Shown: in pieces, positions 1 to 9,750 of the stretch
How positions within the stretch are numbered: the first letter of the stretch is position 1
Layout: each line of letters starts with the position of its first letter
From: a candidate division WOR-3 bacterium
GTDB lineage: Bacteria; Hydrothermota; Hydrothermia; B15-G9; WFZT01
Direction: 5' to 3'
Assembly (NCBI GenBank): GCA_027053075.1
Contig: JALUEE010000078.1
Span: forward strand, 1-64,000
Length of the DNA: 64,000 bases
Notes under the pieces: model-generated
What the model saw: only the letters and a program-made list of their open reading frames with translations
Told to the model about the DNA's origin: nothing
Databases searched by the model: none
Program-made: the position numbers and the translations under genes

Positions 1-874
1 TCTCGTACCCAAATTTCCATGCCTTCACAATATAGTTCCCGGGGATAAGCTTCCTTATGTGGTAAAACCCGGTAGAATCTGTTCTTGCAAGTCTCCTCCA
101 TCCAATGGGACGACCATGTACCAGTCTTACGGCCATAACCTTTGCACGGGGTATAGCCATTGATGTACTTTCATCGGTTACAGTACCTGTAATGGTCGCA
201 AAGGTTATCCTGCGAAGGGTGAAGTTGATGTCATTGAGGGTGTCCGAATCATTAATTACCAGCACCTCTGCGGAATCTCTCGATGAGGCGTTATCGTAAT
301 ACTCTCGTTCATAGCCTATCTTGTATGAGACTGCAATGTAATGACCTGCAGGTACTCCTGTAATCTGGTAGGCTCCGGTGGAATCAGTGAAGGAGAAAAG
401 CCTGTGGAACATGTGATGGCGTGTGGAATCCACAGGTCTCAAGAAGACAAAGGCGTGACGGAGAGGTGTTCCTGTAGCCTCATCGGTGACAGTTCCACTG
501 ACAGTTGCACCGGAAATGTAGTGATTCCAGGGATACAGGGTAAAATCAATGCCACTCGTGGTTGCTCCCGCAGTCACATATACCGTATCTGCTTCACTTC
601 TACTCGTGTCATTGTTGTAATAAAGTGACCTGAATCCCGGATGGATGGCCTTGACAAAATAGGCACCTGGCTCGAGATGCCGGATGGTATACTGCCCGTT
701 TCTCCTCGTGTATGAAATCATGGAGTGCATCGGATGGGTGAGATTTTCAGCGATTATGAGCGTATATCTTAGAGGATCGCCAGTGGTCCCATCTGTGACA
801 GAGCCACTTATTGCACCCCACTGACCAAATGCCAGACCAGTGATGAATATCATGCCAACGATTAACTTTCTCAT
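1..874 (-). CDS. Secreted protein with tandem carboxypeptidase-regulatory-like (CarboxypepD_reg) domains; runs off the left edge of the window
   Basis: Not in the ORF track. ATG at 874 with AGGAGGT SD upstream. My translation: MRKLIVGMIFITGLAFGQWGAISGSVTDGTTGDPLRYTLIIAENL...NGQYTIRHLEPGAYFVKA...YYNN...GIDFTL, i.e. a signal peptide plus repeated G.ISG.VTD..TG.P units. Confidence 0.8.
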   Translation of the reverse strand, partial: MRKLIVGMIFITGLAFGQWGAISGSVTDGTTGDPLRYTLIIAENLTHPMHSMISYTRRNGQYTIRHLEPGAYFVKAIHPGFRSLYYNNDTSRSEADTVYVTAGATTSGIDFTLYPWNHYISGATVSGTVTDEATGTPLRHAFVFLRPVDSTRHHMFHRLFSFTDSTGAYQITGVPAGHYIAVSYKIGYEREYYDNASSRDSAEVLVINDSDTLNDINFTLRRITFATITGTVTDESTSMAIPRAKVMAVRLVHGRPIGWRRLARTDSTGFYHIRKLIPGNYIVKAWKFGYE

Positions 875-928
875 CTCTGAACCTCCTTTTTTCCTTTAGA
901 CTTCGGACAGTTGGAATATGTTCCTGAA

Positions 929-3064
929 TCAGAAAAAACTCAAGGGGTCAATATTGATCTCCAGATTACGTCCCGCTTTTTCGTGGAGACCGGATTTCTT
1001 GATAAGATGCTGAATGGCAAACGGTTTTTCAGATTTGAGCAACACCCTGAACCTATAGTATCCCATAAGCCTTTCAATTGGAGAAGGCGCAGGACCGACA
1101 TTTTCAACATCATCCTGCTCGATCTCCACAAGTTTAGAGGCAATTTTTGCAATCTCCCTCGAAGCTGATTCCCTGGAGCGAGATTTTACCTCGATTATGG
1201 CAATCCTTTTAAATGGTGGGTATCCGAAAAGTTTCCTGCTTTCGAGTTCCTTCTTGAAAAACTCCTCATACGAGCCTTTTGCACCCGTAGAAATGGCGAC
1301 ATCCTCAGGTGAATAGGTCTGAATGATAACTTTTCCTCCCCTTCTTGATCTGCCAGTAACCTGGCTGATCAGTTGATAGGTAAACTCCTCTGCCCTGAAA
1401 TCCGGAATAGCAAGGGTTGTATCGGCAAGGACCACTCCCACAAATCCCACCCTTGGAAAATCAAATCCCTTGGTGACCATCTGAGTGCCAATCAGAATCT
1501 TCTTCTTTCCCATCAAGAAATCCCTGTATATCCTGCCATGAGCTCCCTTTTTCCGCGTTGTATCAAGGTCCATCCTGACAATAATTTCAGGCGGAAAGAA
1601 TTTCTTCAGCTCCTCTTCTACTCTTTCAGTCCCCACACCGATTGGCTTGAGCCGGTAGGAGCCACACACAGGACACCTATCAGGCACCTTCTTTGTATAG
1701 CCGCAAAGATGGCATTTGAGAGTTTTTGAAGATTTGTGGAACACAAGGCTTACCGAGCAATGTGGGCATTTTTCGATATGTCCACAGTCCTGGCACTGTA
1801 TGTGGTGGGAAAAACCGCGCCGATTCAGGAAGAGGATCGCCTGTCTGTTACTTGAGATTACGCTTTTGAGCTCCTCCATCATTTTTATCGAAAGAATGGA
1901 ATCGCTCTTTTCCTCGCGCATGTCCACAACTTCTACCTGCGGCATATAGTAGCCACGAATTCTCTTCTTAAGTTTTATCAGACCATATTTTCCCTTTAAG
2001 GCGTTGAAATAGCTCTCAACAGAAGGTGTCGCAGAGCCGAGCACCACTGGTATGCCAAGAATTTTACCGAGAACAACAGCTACATCTCGGGCGTGGTAGA
2101 AAGGTGCCCTCTCCTCTTTGTAAGAGGTATCGTGCTCTTCATCAACAACGATTAAACCGGGAGATTTGAGGGGGATAAAGAGGCTTGAACGGGGACCAAC
2201 GAGTATCTTTATGTCACCGTAAAGGGCACGGTTCCACAGCCATCTCCTTTCACCTGGCGTAAGATTTGAATGATAAATTCCGACCTTTTCACTGAAAACT
2301 TTCTTGAAATAGGCCGATACCTGGTGTGAAAGGGCAATTTCCGGTACGAGGATATAAACACTTTTGCCATTTTTTATAGCCCTCGATGTTAACCAGAGAT
2401 AGAGGGCAGTTTTACCACTTCCTGTCACACCGTGAATGAGAAAGGTCTTAAACCGGGTTTGATCTATAAACGGATTGATCGCCTCCAGTGCCTTTCTTTG
2501 CTCGTCAGTGGGCACGTGAGGAATGAAAAGGTCCTCGAATTCCTCAAAAACAACCTCTTTCTCTTTCACATTCTTCCTGACCTCTTTAATCTCCAGAGCG
2601 TCGAGGTTGATCAAAGTGGTGATTATTCTTCTGAACCTGTCGCCAAATTTTCTTTTTAGCGTGGAAAGGGCTGTCCACCTTTTACCCCTCGAAATAAGGT
2701 AGTCAACAATTTCGTCTCGGGGAAGGTCTTCGATTTTCTTCAGCCTTACCTTAAGAGCTTCCCTTCTTAATTCACCTGGAGGCAGGAACATCCTCAATAT
2801 TGAATCCCAACCACCAAGATAATATTCATGAAGCCACTTCATCAGCTCAACGTGATGAGGAGGAATCCGGTAAGGGAAAATCTCAATAATTGGCTTAACT
2901 GTAAAATCCCCGGGTGCCTTTTGTCTTTTCTCAACAACTACACCTTTAACCTTTTTGTTCCCCACCTCAACGAGCACCACAGTGCCCGGTTCAATATTCT
3001 CCTCCGATGTATACGTGAGCAGTGAATGAATATTGAGAGAGACGGCAATATCGTAATAACTCAT
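929..3064 (-). CDS. priA: Primosomal protein N' (replication restart helicase)
   Basis: GVTGSGKT Walker A, DEEHD Walker B, two CxxC-pair zinc fingers, GTQMVTKG and QVTGRS helicase motifs. Confidence 0.97.
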   Translation of the reverse strand: MSYYDIAVSLNIHSLLTYTSEENIEPGTVVLVEVGNKKVKGVVVEKRQKAPGDFTVKPIIEIFPYRIPPHHVELMKWLHEYYLGGWDSILRMFLPPGELRREALKVRLKKIEDLPRDEIVDYLISRGKRWTALSTLKRKFGDRFRRIITTLINLDALEIKEVRKNVKEKEVVFEEFEDLFIPHVPTDEQRKALEAINPFIDQTRFKTFLIHGVTGSGKTALYLWLTSRAIKNGKSVYILVPEIALSHQVSAYFKKVFSEKVGIYHSNLTPGERRWLWNRALYGDIKILVGPRSSLFIPLKSPGLIVVDEEHDTSYKEERAPFYHARDVAVVLGKILGIPVVLGSATPSVESYFNALKGKYGLIKLKKRIRGYYMPQVEVVDMREEKSDSILSIKMMEELKSVISSNRQAILFLNRRGFSHHIQCQDCGHIEKCPHCSVSLVFHKSSKTLKCHLCGYTKKVPDRCPVCGSYRLKPIGVGTERVEEELKKFFPPEIIVRMDLDTTRKKGAHGRIYRDFLMGKKKILIGTQMVTKGFDFPRVGFVGVVLADTTLAIPDFRAEEFTYQLISQVTGRSRRGGKVIIQTYSPEDVAISTGAKGSYEEFFKKELESRKLFGYPPFKRIAIIEVKSRSRESASREIAKIASKLVEIEQDDVENVGPAPSPIERLMGYYRFRVLLKSEKPFAIQHLIKKSGLHEKAGRNLEINIDPLSFF

Positions 3065-3065
3065 A

Positions 3066-6000
3066 TCAGAACCTGAACCTTGCCTCGATACCCACTGAAA
3101 TCTCGCCCTCTTTATCCCTTTCTCCGTAAATCGCCATATTGGGTTTGATGAAATATTTCACCTGATAAACATCCTTCTCAAGGGCCTCAAAGGAGTGGGC
3201 ATATTTGAAATAAACTCTGGGCGAGAGATAGAGCCCCACAGAAAAGCGCGGATTTTCACCTGCAAGACCCGTCCTGAGCTCAAGTTCATTTATCCTCAAC
3301 CTTTTCTGAAGTTCCTTGGAAATCAAACCCTCTGCAAGATTCAGGGCGCGGGTTTTCATTAGATTTATGTCTTTTATGGTCATTGGAACTTCAGATAAAA
3401 GTTTTCCAAAGCTCAAAAGCGAGATGATGTCTTCCTCAGCAAGTGGAGGGGTTGAGGTCAATCTGATTTCGGGCGTTTTCAGATTTCCCGTGACATGGAG
3501 ATCGATGAAAATAGTGTCATTCACCACAGTTTCTCCAAGGAGATTTAGTGTGGGATTGATCTCAGGCTCGTTACTGAAGATGATACTTCCTTCCTGTATG
3601 ATGAAAATCCTGTCAAGATACAGGAAAGTTCCCTTTATCACATTGAGGTTTCCGGATATCAGAACTGTTACAGGGTCTTCCTTCACGATGGTGAGATCAG
3701 CAGAAAACTCCATGTCTGCAAGTTCGTTCACCAGGAAAATTCTCCTATCCGCATGAATCCTCAGGTTTAGTCGTAATGGATTGGGGGGCATCTTCCCGCT
3801 ACCGGCTGATTTACCAAATGAAAGGTAAACGTACCCCTCATCAACCTTGATATCGCCACTTATCAAAACATTGTCCGGAAGCTCACCGGTTATTTTTAGT
3901 TGGCCATTGAAAATCCCCTCAAATATATCTCCGTGTGCAAATGGGAATTTAACGAGCTCGAGTGATATGTTCACTCCCGATGGCTTTAATTCTTTTAGAT
4001 AAATCACTCCGCTTCCTGTTGCATAGCCATTTTGTGCATCTATTCTTATATCCGGTATTTCCACCCGTTTGTCTTTAAAATCAAGTCTAACAAAAACCTG
4101 CCTGTATTCATTGCCAAAGGCCTCGATATAGACACCATCAGTTTTTAGCTCCATATTGCCCGCCAGTTCGGGATTGTTCAGCGTACCGGTCAGCAGTAAA
4201 TTTCCCTTCAACTCGCCGGATTCTGGATAAATGTCTCCACCAATGAGTCTCGTTATCACCGTTGCATCTACCCTTTCTACTGAAAGCTCACCGTGAATAT
4301 TGCGATCTTTATCTATTTCTATCTTGAACGGAGAAAGACTTAACTCTGCAGGTAAGACAAAATCCGAATAAATGGAGAACCCTTTGCCTTTGACAACGGT
4401 AATTGGACTCATTAACTGCCCGTTTTCGTAAATCAGTTCTGCTCTGATGGTATCTATTTCAAGGTTTTTCAGGGTTGCATCATAGAGTTTTCCTTTAAAA
4501 TTCATAGAAGGATTTTCAAGCGGACCACTTGCTGATAGCTGACCATCAACCAGCCCTCTCTTTACGGCAAAAGCCGGCATGACATCTCTGAGATACTTCA
4601 GATTTATCCTTTCAAGCCTTCCTGATGCAGAGACGCTATCCTTTGTGTACGTGAGGTCAAAATCGCTCAAAACACCGGAAAATAGCCTCATGGAATCTCC
4701 TTTCAAGCTAAATCCTTCCGAGTCCAAAGTCAGATAAACAGGAGAGGTGCATACCTCCTCAAGGGAATCGACCCTGTAGGAAAGTTCTTTGTTGGCAAGA
4801 TAAAGGCCACTTGAATCAAGATAGAAGTTTCCATTGGCCCTGAGCCAGATTTTCGGAAAGTATGTCCCAAGATGGTAATTTCCCATATGATGGGCAGAAA
4901 GATTGAGTGTCAGGCAAGTCGAGTCTGAGACAAACTTTCCCAGGGCAAATTTGACAGCCTTCAGGTCAACGCCGATGTTTCCATTGTCATAAGAGACTTT
5001 AAGGGCAATCTCCGGGGCAAACATGTTCTCGAAACTTGCTCCCCTGGCCATTCCCCTGATATTCAGGCTTCTCGACTCCTTTGTAAAGGCAACATCTCCT
5101 TTAAATTCAAAATAGTTGGTTCTCAAAGGCTCTCTCACATACGCACCGATGTCATAGCCATTCCCTGAAACAGCAAGGACCGTGGAATCTTTTGAAACCA
5201 GACCCGAAAATTGTGCGTAAAGATTAGGGTCGTTTATCTCGCCGAAGCTTATGAAAAGCGTATCCTGATGGAACGATGAGGTTAAGTTTAGCTGTCTGAA
5301 TGCATATTCTCTAAATGAAACATTGCGGAGGTGGGCGTTAAATCTACCTTTGTATCCCTTGCCTTTTAAGATTATATCTCCTGATAATCTGGCTTCGTCG
5401 AGCTTCAGGTTGGACACCCTGAGATTCAAGTCGTAGTGAACCGAATCAGGCGAATTGTATTTCAGGTGGGAGAGCGAGCCAGACCCGAGCAGGGATGACC
5501 TGTCCCTATAAAACGCGAAACTCTTTAGATGAAGTGTGTCAAAGTCGTAAGATGATAGCCTGACATCGAGAGAATCCACTGAATATTTTCCAATTATCAT
5601 GGATTTTTTCGCCCTCACGATGTAAAGTGGTACTTTGATAACTCCTGAAGGCTCGTGAAGAACCGTACTGTCGTACCGGGCAAATGAGGCCCACCAGAAG
5701 GTTTCCCCATTCATAAGCACCTTCATTTTGCCATCTTTGACGGTGATCTTCTTTGAGAGTGCCTGAACATCGTAAAGTACAGTGGAATCTTTGAAGACCT
5801 TAACAGTGGAACTCATCAGATTGTACGTATTGCCCAAAAACTTTGTTTTTATGGTTTTGAAGGGAATCACAAGGGTGTTGTTTACACCGAGCATCTTGCC
5901 TTCCACGTATTGCGCTTTGAAATCGAGCCCTGCAGTCACAAAGTCAGCGTTTTCCCAGATTATTTGAGAAATTTCAAAAGCCGGTACGTGCCACTCACTA

Positions 6001-6338
6001 TTCTCGCCTTTCCCTTGAGAGTATCCTTTGATTATCGTATCGAGATTGAAGTAGAGATTCACGGCCTTTATCAGGGCAATTTTGCGAAACAGCAAGTCGA
6101 GCAGGTTGTATTTTATTTCCAGTGTATCGGCCTTGACCGATTTTGAGTTCATTCCCACAATCAAAATTCTCGATAGAGGATTAAAATCGTATTTTTTGTA
6201 AGAAATAGGAGCCTTTACGAAGTTTTCAAGCATGTGGAGAGTGGCACTCTTGCCCAGTTTATAGCCCACATGTCCACCGTAAATAACTGCTCCAATTATC
6301 GCAAGGGCTATGAAAATTTTGACAATTTTTCTGAGCAT
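3066..6338 (-). CDS. tamB: Translocation/assembly module TamB-family (AsmA-like) protein
   Basis: N-terminal membrane anchor, long beta-rich body, C-terminal TamB-like region (G.I.F...PEINP.LNL...V.G.L..P.I.L.S.PPL.EEDIISLL.FG). Confidence 0.85.
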   Translation of the reverse strand: MLRKIVKIFIALAIIGAVIYGGHVGYKLGKSATLHMLENFVKAPISYKKYDFNPLSRILIVGMNSKSVKADTLEIKYNLLDLLFRKIALIKAVNLYFNLDTIIKGYSQGKGENSEWHVPAFEISQIIWENADFVTAGLDFKAQYVEGKMLGVNNTLVIPFKTIKTKFLGNTYNLMSSTVKVFKDSTVLYDVQALSKKITVKDGKMKVLMNGETFWWASFARYDSTVLHEPSGVIKVPLYIVRAKKSMIIGKYSVDSLDVRLSSYDFDTLHLKSFAFYRDRSSLLGSGSLSHLKYNSPDSVHYDLNLRVSNLKLDEARLSGDIILKGKGYKGRFNAHLRNVSFREYAFRQLNLTSSFHQDTLFISFGEINDPNLYAQFSGLVSKDSTVLAVSGNGYDIGAYVREPLRTNYFEFKGDVAFTKESRSLNIRGMARGASFENMFAPEIALKVSYDNGNIGVDLKAVKFALGKFVSDSTCLTLNLSAHHMGNYHLGTYFPKIWLRANGNFYLDSSGLYLANKELSYRVDSLEEVCTSPVYLTLDSEGFSLKGDSMRLFSGVLSDFDLTYTKDSVSASGRLERINLKYLRDVMPAFAVKRGLVDGQLSASGPLENPSMNFKGKLYDATLKNLEIDTIRAELIYENGQLMSPITVVKGKGFSIYSDFVLPAELSLSPFKIEIDKDRNIHGELSVERVDATVITRLIGGDIYPESGELKGNLLLTGTLNNPELAGNMELKTDGVYIEAFGNEYRQVFVRLDFKDKRVEIPDIRIDAQNGYATGSGVIYLKELKPSGVNISLELVKFPFAHGDIFEGIFNGQLKITGELPDNVLISGDIKVDEGYVYLSFGKSAGSGKMPPNPLRLNLRIHADRRIFLVNELADMEFSADLTIVKEDPVTVLISGNLNVIKGTFLYLDRIFIIQEGSIIFSNEPEINPTLNLLGETVVNDTIFIDLHVTGNLKTPEIRLTSTPPLAEEDIISLLSFGKLLSEVPMTIKDINLMKTRALNLAEGLISKELQKRLRINELELRTGLAGENPRFSVGLYLSPRVYFKYAHSFEALEKDVYQVKYFIKPNMAIYGERDKEGEISVGIEARFRF

Positions 6339-6396
6339 GGTTGTTGGAAAATTCTAATGCCTCCCGCTCCCCTATCAAACACCACTCCACTGGAAT

Positions 6397-6764
6397 GAGC
6401 TGGGTCAAAAAACTCCAAATTTTAGTTACCACCTTTTCCAATAGATCCTTGTAACCTCAATGATAATCGCAAAATATTCGGTATATTTCCCCTCCTTCCC
6501 TCGGGAAGGAGGGGCCAGGGGAGAATGGAGAAAGATTAACATTCTTTTAGGGTATCCAGGGTGACGTTATTTTTTGAACACATTTCAAACTTATATTCTA
6601 CTAATTTTTTCCATTCCACCCCAGCCCTCCCTTCCAAAGGAAGGGAGGGGGGGCGAAACTTATAACATCCAAACTGAAAATCTTGAAGTACCCAATTTTA
6701 AACATAGTTCCTCTCCTCATTCCACATAAAAGGACAAACAAGGACAACATTTTCGAACCCGCTT
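6397..6764. mobile_element. MITE-like element (368 bp) with 15-bp TIRs and 9-bp target duplication, carrying two inverted GC-rich hairpins
   Basis: Left end GAGCTGGGTCAAAAA. Right end reads AAGCGGGTTCGAAAA on the minus strand. CACTGGAAT flanks both sides (6388-6396, 6765-6773). Hairpins at 6489-6514 and 6626-6650. Confidence 0.75.
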
Positions 6765-6830
6765 CACTGGAATGGTATTTTTTATCACCTCCGGTTAAAA
6801 TTAACCAAATACTGAAGTGAGGGATTTAAG

Positions 6831-8354
6831 ATGTACGTTGTAACTCCTGATGAGCTAAAAGAGCTCCGCCAAATTGTTGAAAAAGAAATAGGAATTAAAA
6901 GCCTTGTTCTCACCGAAAACGCGGGAAGAACGGCATTTTCTATTCTTCTTGAAGAAATTGAAATGCCCGTTGAACGGGCAGTTGTCATTGCAGGTGCGGG
7001 CAACAATGGCGCCGAGGGGCTTGTTGTTGCACGATACCTCCTCGAGAAAGCCCGCGACCTCACCGTTTTCCTTGTGCGAAAGAAAAGGGCACTTTCTCGA
7101 GATTTAAGAGAAAATCTAAAACTCTTCAAAAACCTTGGTGGAAAAGTTATAGAAGTTAAAAATTCCGACGTAAACGTAAAGAACAAGATTATCAGCGCAA
7201 ACCTTATTATTGACGCGCTTTTTGGAACTGGATTCAGGGACTGGCCAAAGGGGGTATTTAAAGATGTCATCGATTGGATTAACGATTCACGGGCCTTCAC
7301 CCTTTCAATTGATATTCCATCCGGAGTCAATCCATACAGTGGCGAGGTACCGATTGACGCCGTTTATGCTGACCTCACTGTTACCATGGTTTTCCCGAAA
7401 ATCGGCAATATCTTTTACCCCGGCAAACTCCACACAGGCAAGCTGGTTATAGCTGATACCGGGATCCCCGAGAAACTCGTCGGGCAGAAGATTCGTAGAT
7501 CCACTTTTGAGGAAGAGGATGCCACAAAATACATACTTACAGGATTCCCCCGTGGCAGAGTCGTATTTATTGGAGAAAGAGACGAGTCACTTATCAGCTC
7601 CAGTGCAGCTATAAAAAGTGGAGCCGCCACTTCATATGTTGTGGTACCGAGAACTTCCAGAAGGTTTAATATCTCAAAGCACCCAAATATCGTGGAGCTA
7701 CCCGTGGATTCAGACGATAAATTTAACGAGCAGTCCATACAGGAGATATGCAACTATGGCCTTGATTTCTCTGCAATGGTAATTGGCTTTGAGGGGAATA
7801 ACTCTCTTCTGGAGAGCAACGCGCTTCTCAGGGCACTTGAAAAATTCAGAAAACCTATTGTCATAGATTCTCCCGGTGATAGACTCCTTGGAATTCACTT
7901 AAACTGCATAAGGAATCGTGAGACGCCCGCGATTTTAATGGTAAACACATCAGAACTTTCCCACATGCTCGACCGAGATATTCAGTGGGTAAACACACAT
8001 AGATTTGAAGCCGGGCGTGACTTCGCGGTAAACAACAACCTCGTCCTTATATTGAAAGGTGCCCCCACAGTGGTATTCACACCGGATGGATTCACATGGA
8101 TAAATTCAACAGGTACGCCGGGCCTTGCTGCAGGCTCAACCGGTAACGTCCTTACGGGAATAATTGCCGGCCTGCTTTCTCAAGGGTTCAAACCCGATGT
8201 CGCTTCCATTCTTGCCGTTTTTCTCCACGGTCTTGCAGCCGACATTGGCGTAATAGACCTTACAAAACATACCATTATCGCAGGAGACCTCATAAAATAC
8301 ATCCCCGAAGCCATAAAATATCTCAAAGATTATGAAGACGCTGACGAAGATTAG
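6831..8354 (+). CDS. nnr: Nnr-like bifunctional NAD(P)HX epimerase/dehydratase (YjeF); dehydratase half degenerate
   Basis: ENAG, GNNG, DALFGTG and DIPSG in the YjeF_N domain; carbohydrate-kinase-fold C-terminal half with LILKGAPT and HGLAAD. Confidence 0.85.
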   Translation: MYVVTPDELKELRQIVEKEIGIKSLVLTENAGRTAFSILLEEIEMPVERAVVIAGAGNNGAEGLVVARYLLEKARDLTVFLVRKKRALSRDLRENLKLFKNLGGKVIEVKNSDVNVKNKIISANLIIDALFGTGFRDWPKGVFKDVIDWINDSRAFTLSIDIPSGVNPYSGEVPIDAVYADLTVTMVFPKIGNIFYPGKLHTGKLVIADTGIPEKLVGQKIRRSTFEEEDATKYILTGFPRGRVVFIGERDESLISSSAAIKSGAATSYVVVPRTSRRFNISKHPNIVELPVDSDDKFNEQSIQEICNYGLDFSAMVIGFEGNNSLLESNALLRALEKFRKPIVIDSPGDRLLGIHLNCIRNRETPAILMVNTSELSHMLDRDIQWVNTHRFEAGRDFAVNNNLVLILKGAPTVVFTPDGFTWINSTGTPGLAAGSTGNVLTGIIAGLLSQGFKPDVASILAVFLHGLAADIGVIDLTKHTIIAGDLIKYIPEAIKYLKDYEDADED

Positions 8355-9750
8355 CTTATTTCTCATAACTACACTATACGGATTCAACTCCACCCACATT
8401 GGGAAATTTTTATACGTAAACTCCATAGTTCGGCAGGGCAATTTACTCGTTGTGGCTACAGATGGTGGAGTCTTTACGTATGATCTTTTCAACAAAGCCC
8501 TTGAAAACTCCATTATAACATCGTCTCCTGTAAAGCTTGCCATTACTCAAAACTCCCTTACCGGCTATTTTGTAGATTTTTTAGGAAATCTTTACAAATG
8601 GGATATCTCAAGAGGAGATAAGTACTTTTTGGCATCAGTGGGGAATATCACCTCATTGGGTGTTTGCTGTGATAAAATTTATACAGAAAGCAATGGTCGT
8701 ATCACGGCCTATACCACAGGCGGTATTAGACTTGGAATTATGAAACCATCACCGGCCACTTTATGGGTCGGACGCCTGAATTCATTAAAAAAGGGCGATG
8801 ACAAAATCCTGTTTCTTCAGCCATATTTCTTCATAGACGACTTTGCGGGTAGGGTCGATCTATCCTATTTTTACAAGAATTTCTCAGACCTCTGGGTAGG
8901 CACACGTGGGATGGGCATTTATCACTACAATTTCACCTTGAAACTCAAAGACGACTCTATCCAGATCGGACTACCTTTTAAGCAGGTCAAAAGCATGGCT
9001 GCCATTGATGGAAAAATCTATTTCGGCGGGGAATATGGAATTGCGAGAATGAAGGGCTCTGTCTGGCGTCCCTTCCTGCCCGGTGTCCAATCAGGCCTTG
9101 ATTGCCCCTCAATTTCAAAGTTTGGTGTTTTAGAAAAAAAGCTTATTGTTGGCACCGACTGTGGCATCCAGTACCTTTCACCTTATGGTTTCAGGGATTT
9201 CAGGACCCGTGGAAGACTGCTCGGGGTCTTTGACGATGAGCTCATCGTGCAGGACGGCGACTACATAGCCGCTGTTTCGCCTGATGGTGGGAAGCTTTTA
9301 GCTCTGAAATTTCCATTTGATGTGGAGGAAGCTGATTCTTTTGATGGAAAAGTGCTCCTGCTTGCAGACAACAAACTCTTTGCCTTAACAAGAAAATCCT
9401 TAAAGCCCCTCAATTCCATCAATAAATTCGCTCCCATTTACGCCTTTGCGACTTCAGAAAATTCAATATATGCCGTGACAGAAAGTGGTTTACTAAAAAT
9501 GAAAGATGGCATTGTGGAAAAACTCGCCTACCCTTTCCGCCCATACAAAAACAGGCACTATCCCATGATGGTTTCTAACAGCCGTGTTTTCATTGGAACT
9601 GTAAACGGCGTTTACGTTTACAATGAGAAAAGCAAATCCGTTTCCCGGATATGGCAGGAACTTTCAAATAAAAATGTCCTGTCGCTTTTCTACTTTGGTG
9701 GCAGATTATTTGTGGGCACTGCAAACGGCTTAGACATTGTTAAATTCTAA
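8332..9750 (+). CDS. Exported beta-propeller protein
   Basis: Signal-peptide-like N-terminus and repeated LWVGT/IYFGG/LIVGT/LFVGTANGL blade motifs. Confidence 0.7.
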   Translation: MKTLTKISLFLITTLYGFNSTHIGKFLYVNSIVRQGNLLVVATDGGVFTYDLFNKALENSIITSSPVKLAITQNSLTGYFVDFLGNLYKWDISRGDKYFLASVGNITSLGVCCDKIYTESNGRITAYTTGGIRLGIMKPSPATLWVGRLNSLKKGDDKILFLQPYFFIDDFAGRVDLSYFYKNFSDLWVGTRGMGIYHYNFTLKLKDDSIQIGLPFKQVKSMAAIDGKIYFGGEYGIARMKGSVWRPFLPGVQSGLDCPSISKFGVLEKKLIVGTDCGIQYLSPYGFRDFRTRGRLLGVFDDELIVQDGDYIAAVSPDGGKLLALKFPFDVEEADSFDGKVLLLADNKLFALTRKSLKPLNSINKFAPIYAFATSENSIYAVTESGLLKMKDGIVEKLAYPFRPYKNRHYPMMVSNSRVFIGTVNGVYVYNEKSKSVSRIWQELSNKNVLSLFYFGGRLFVGTANGLDIVKF

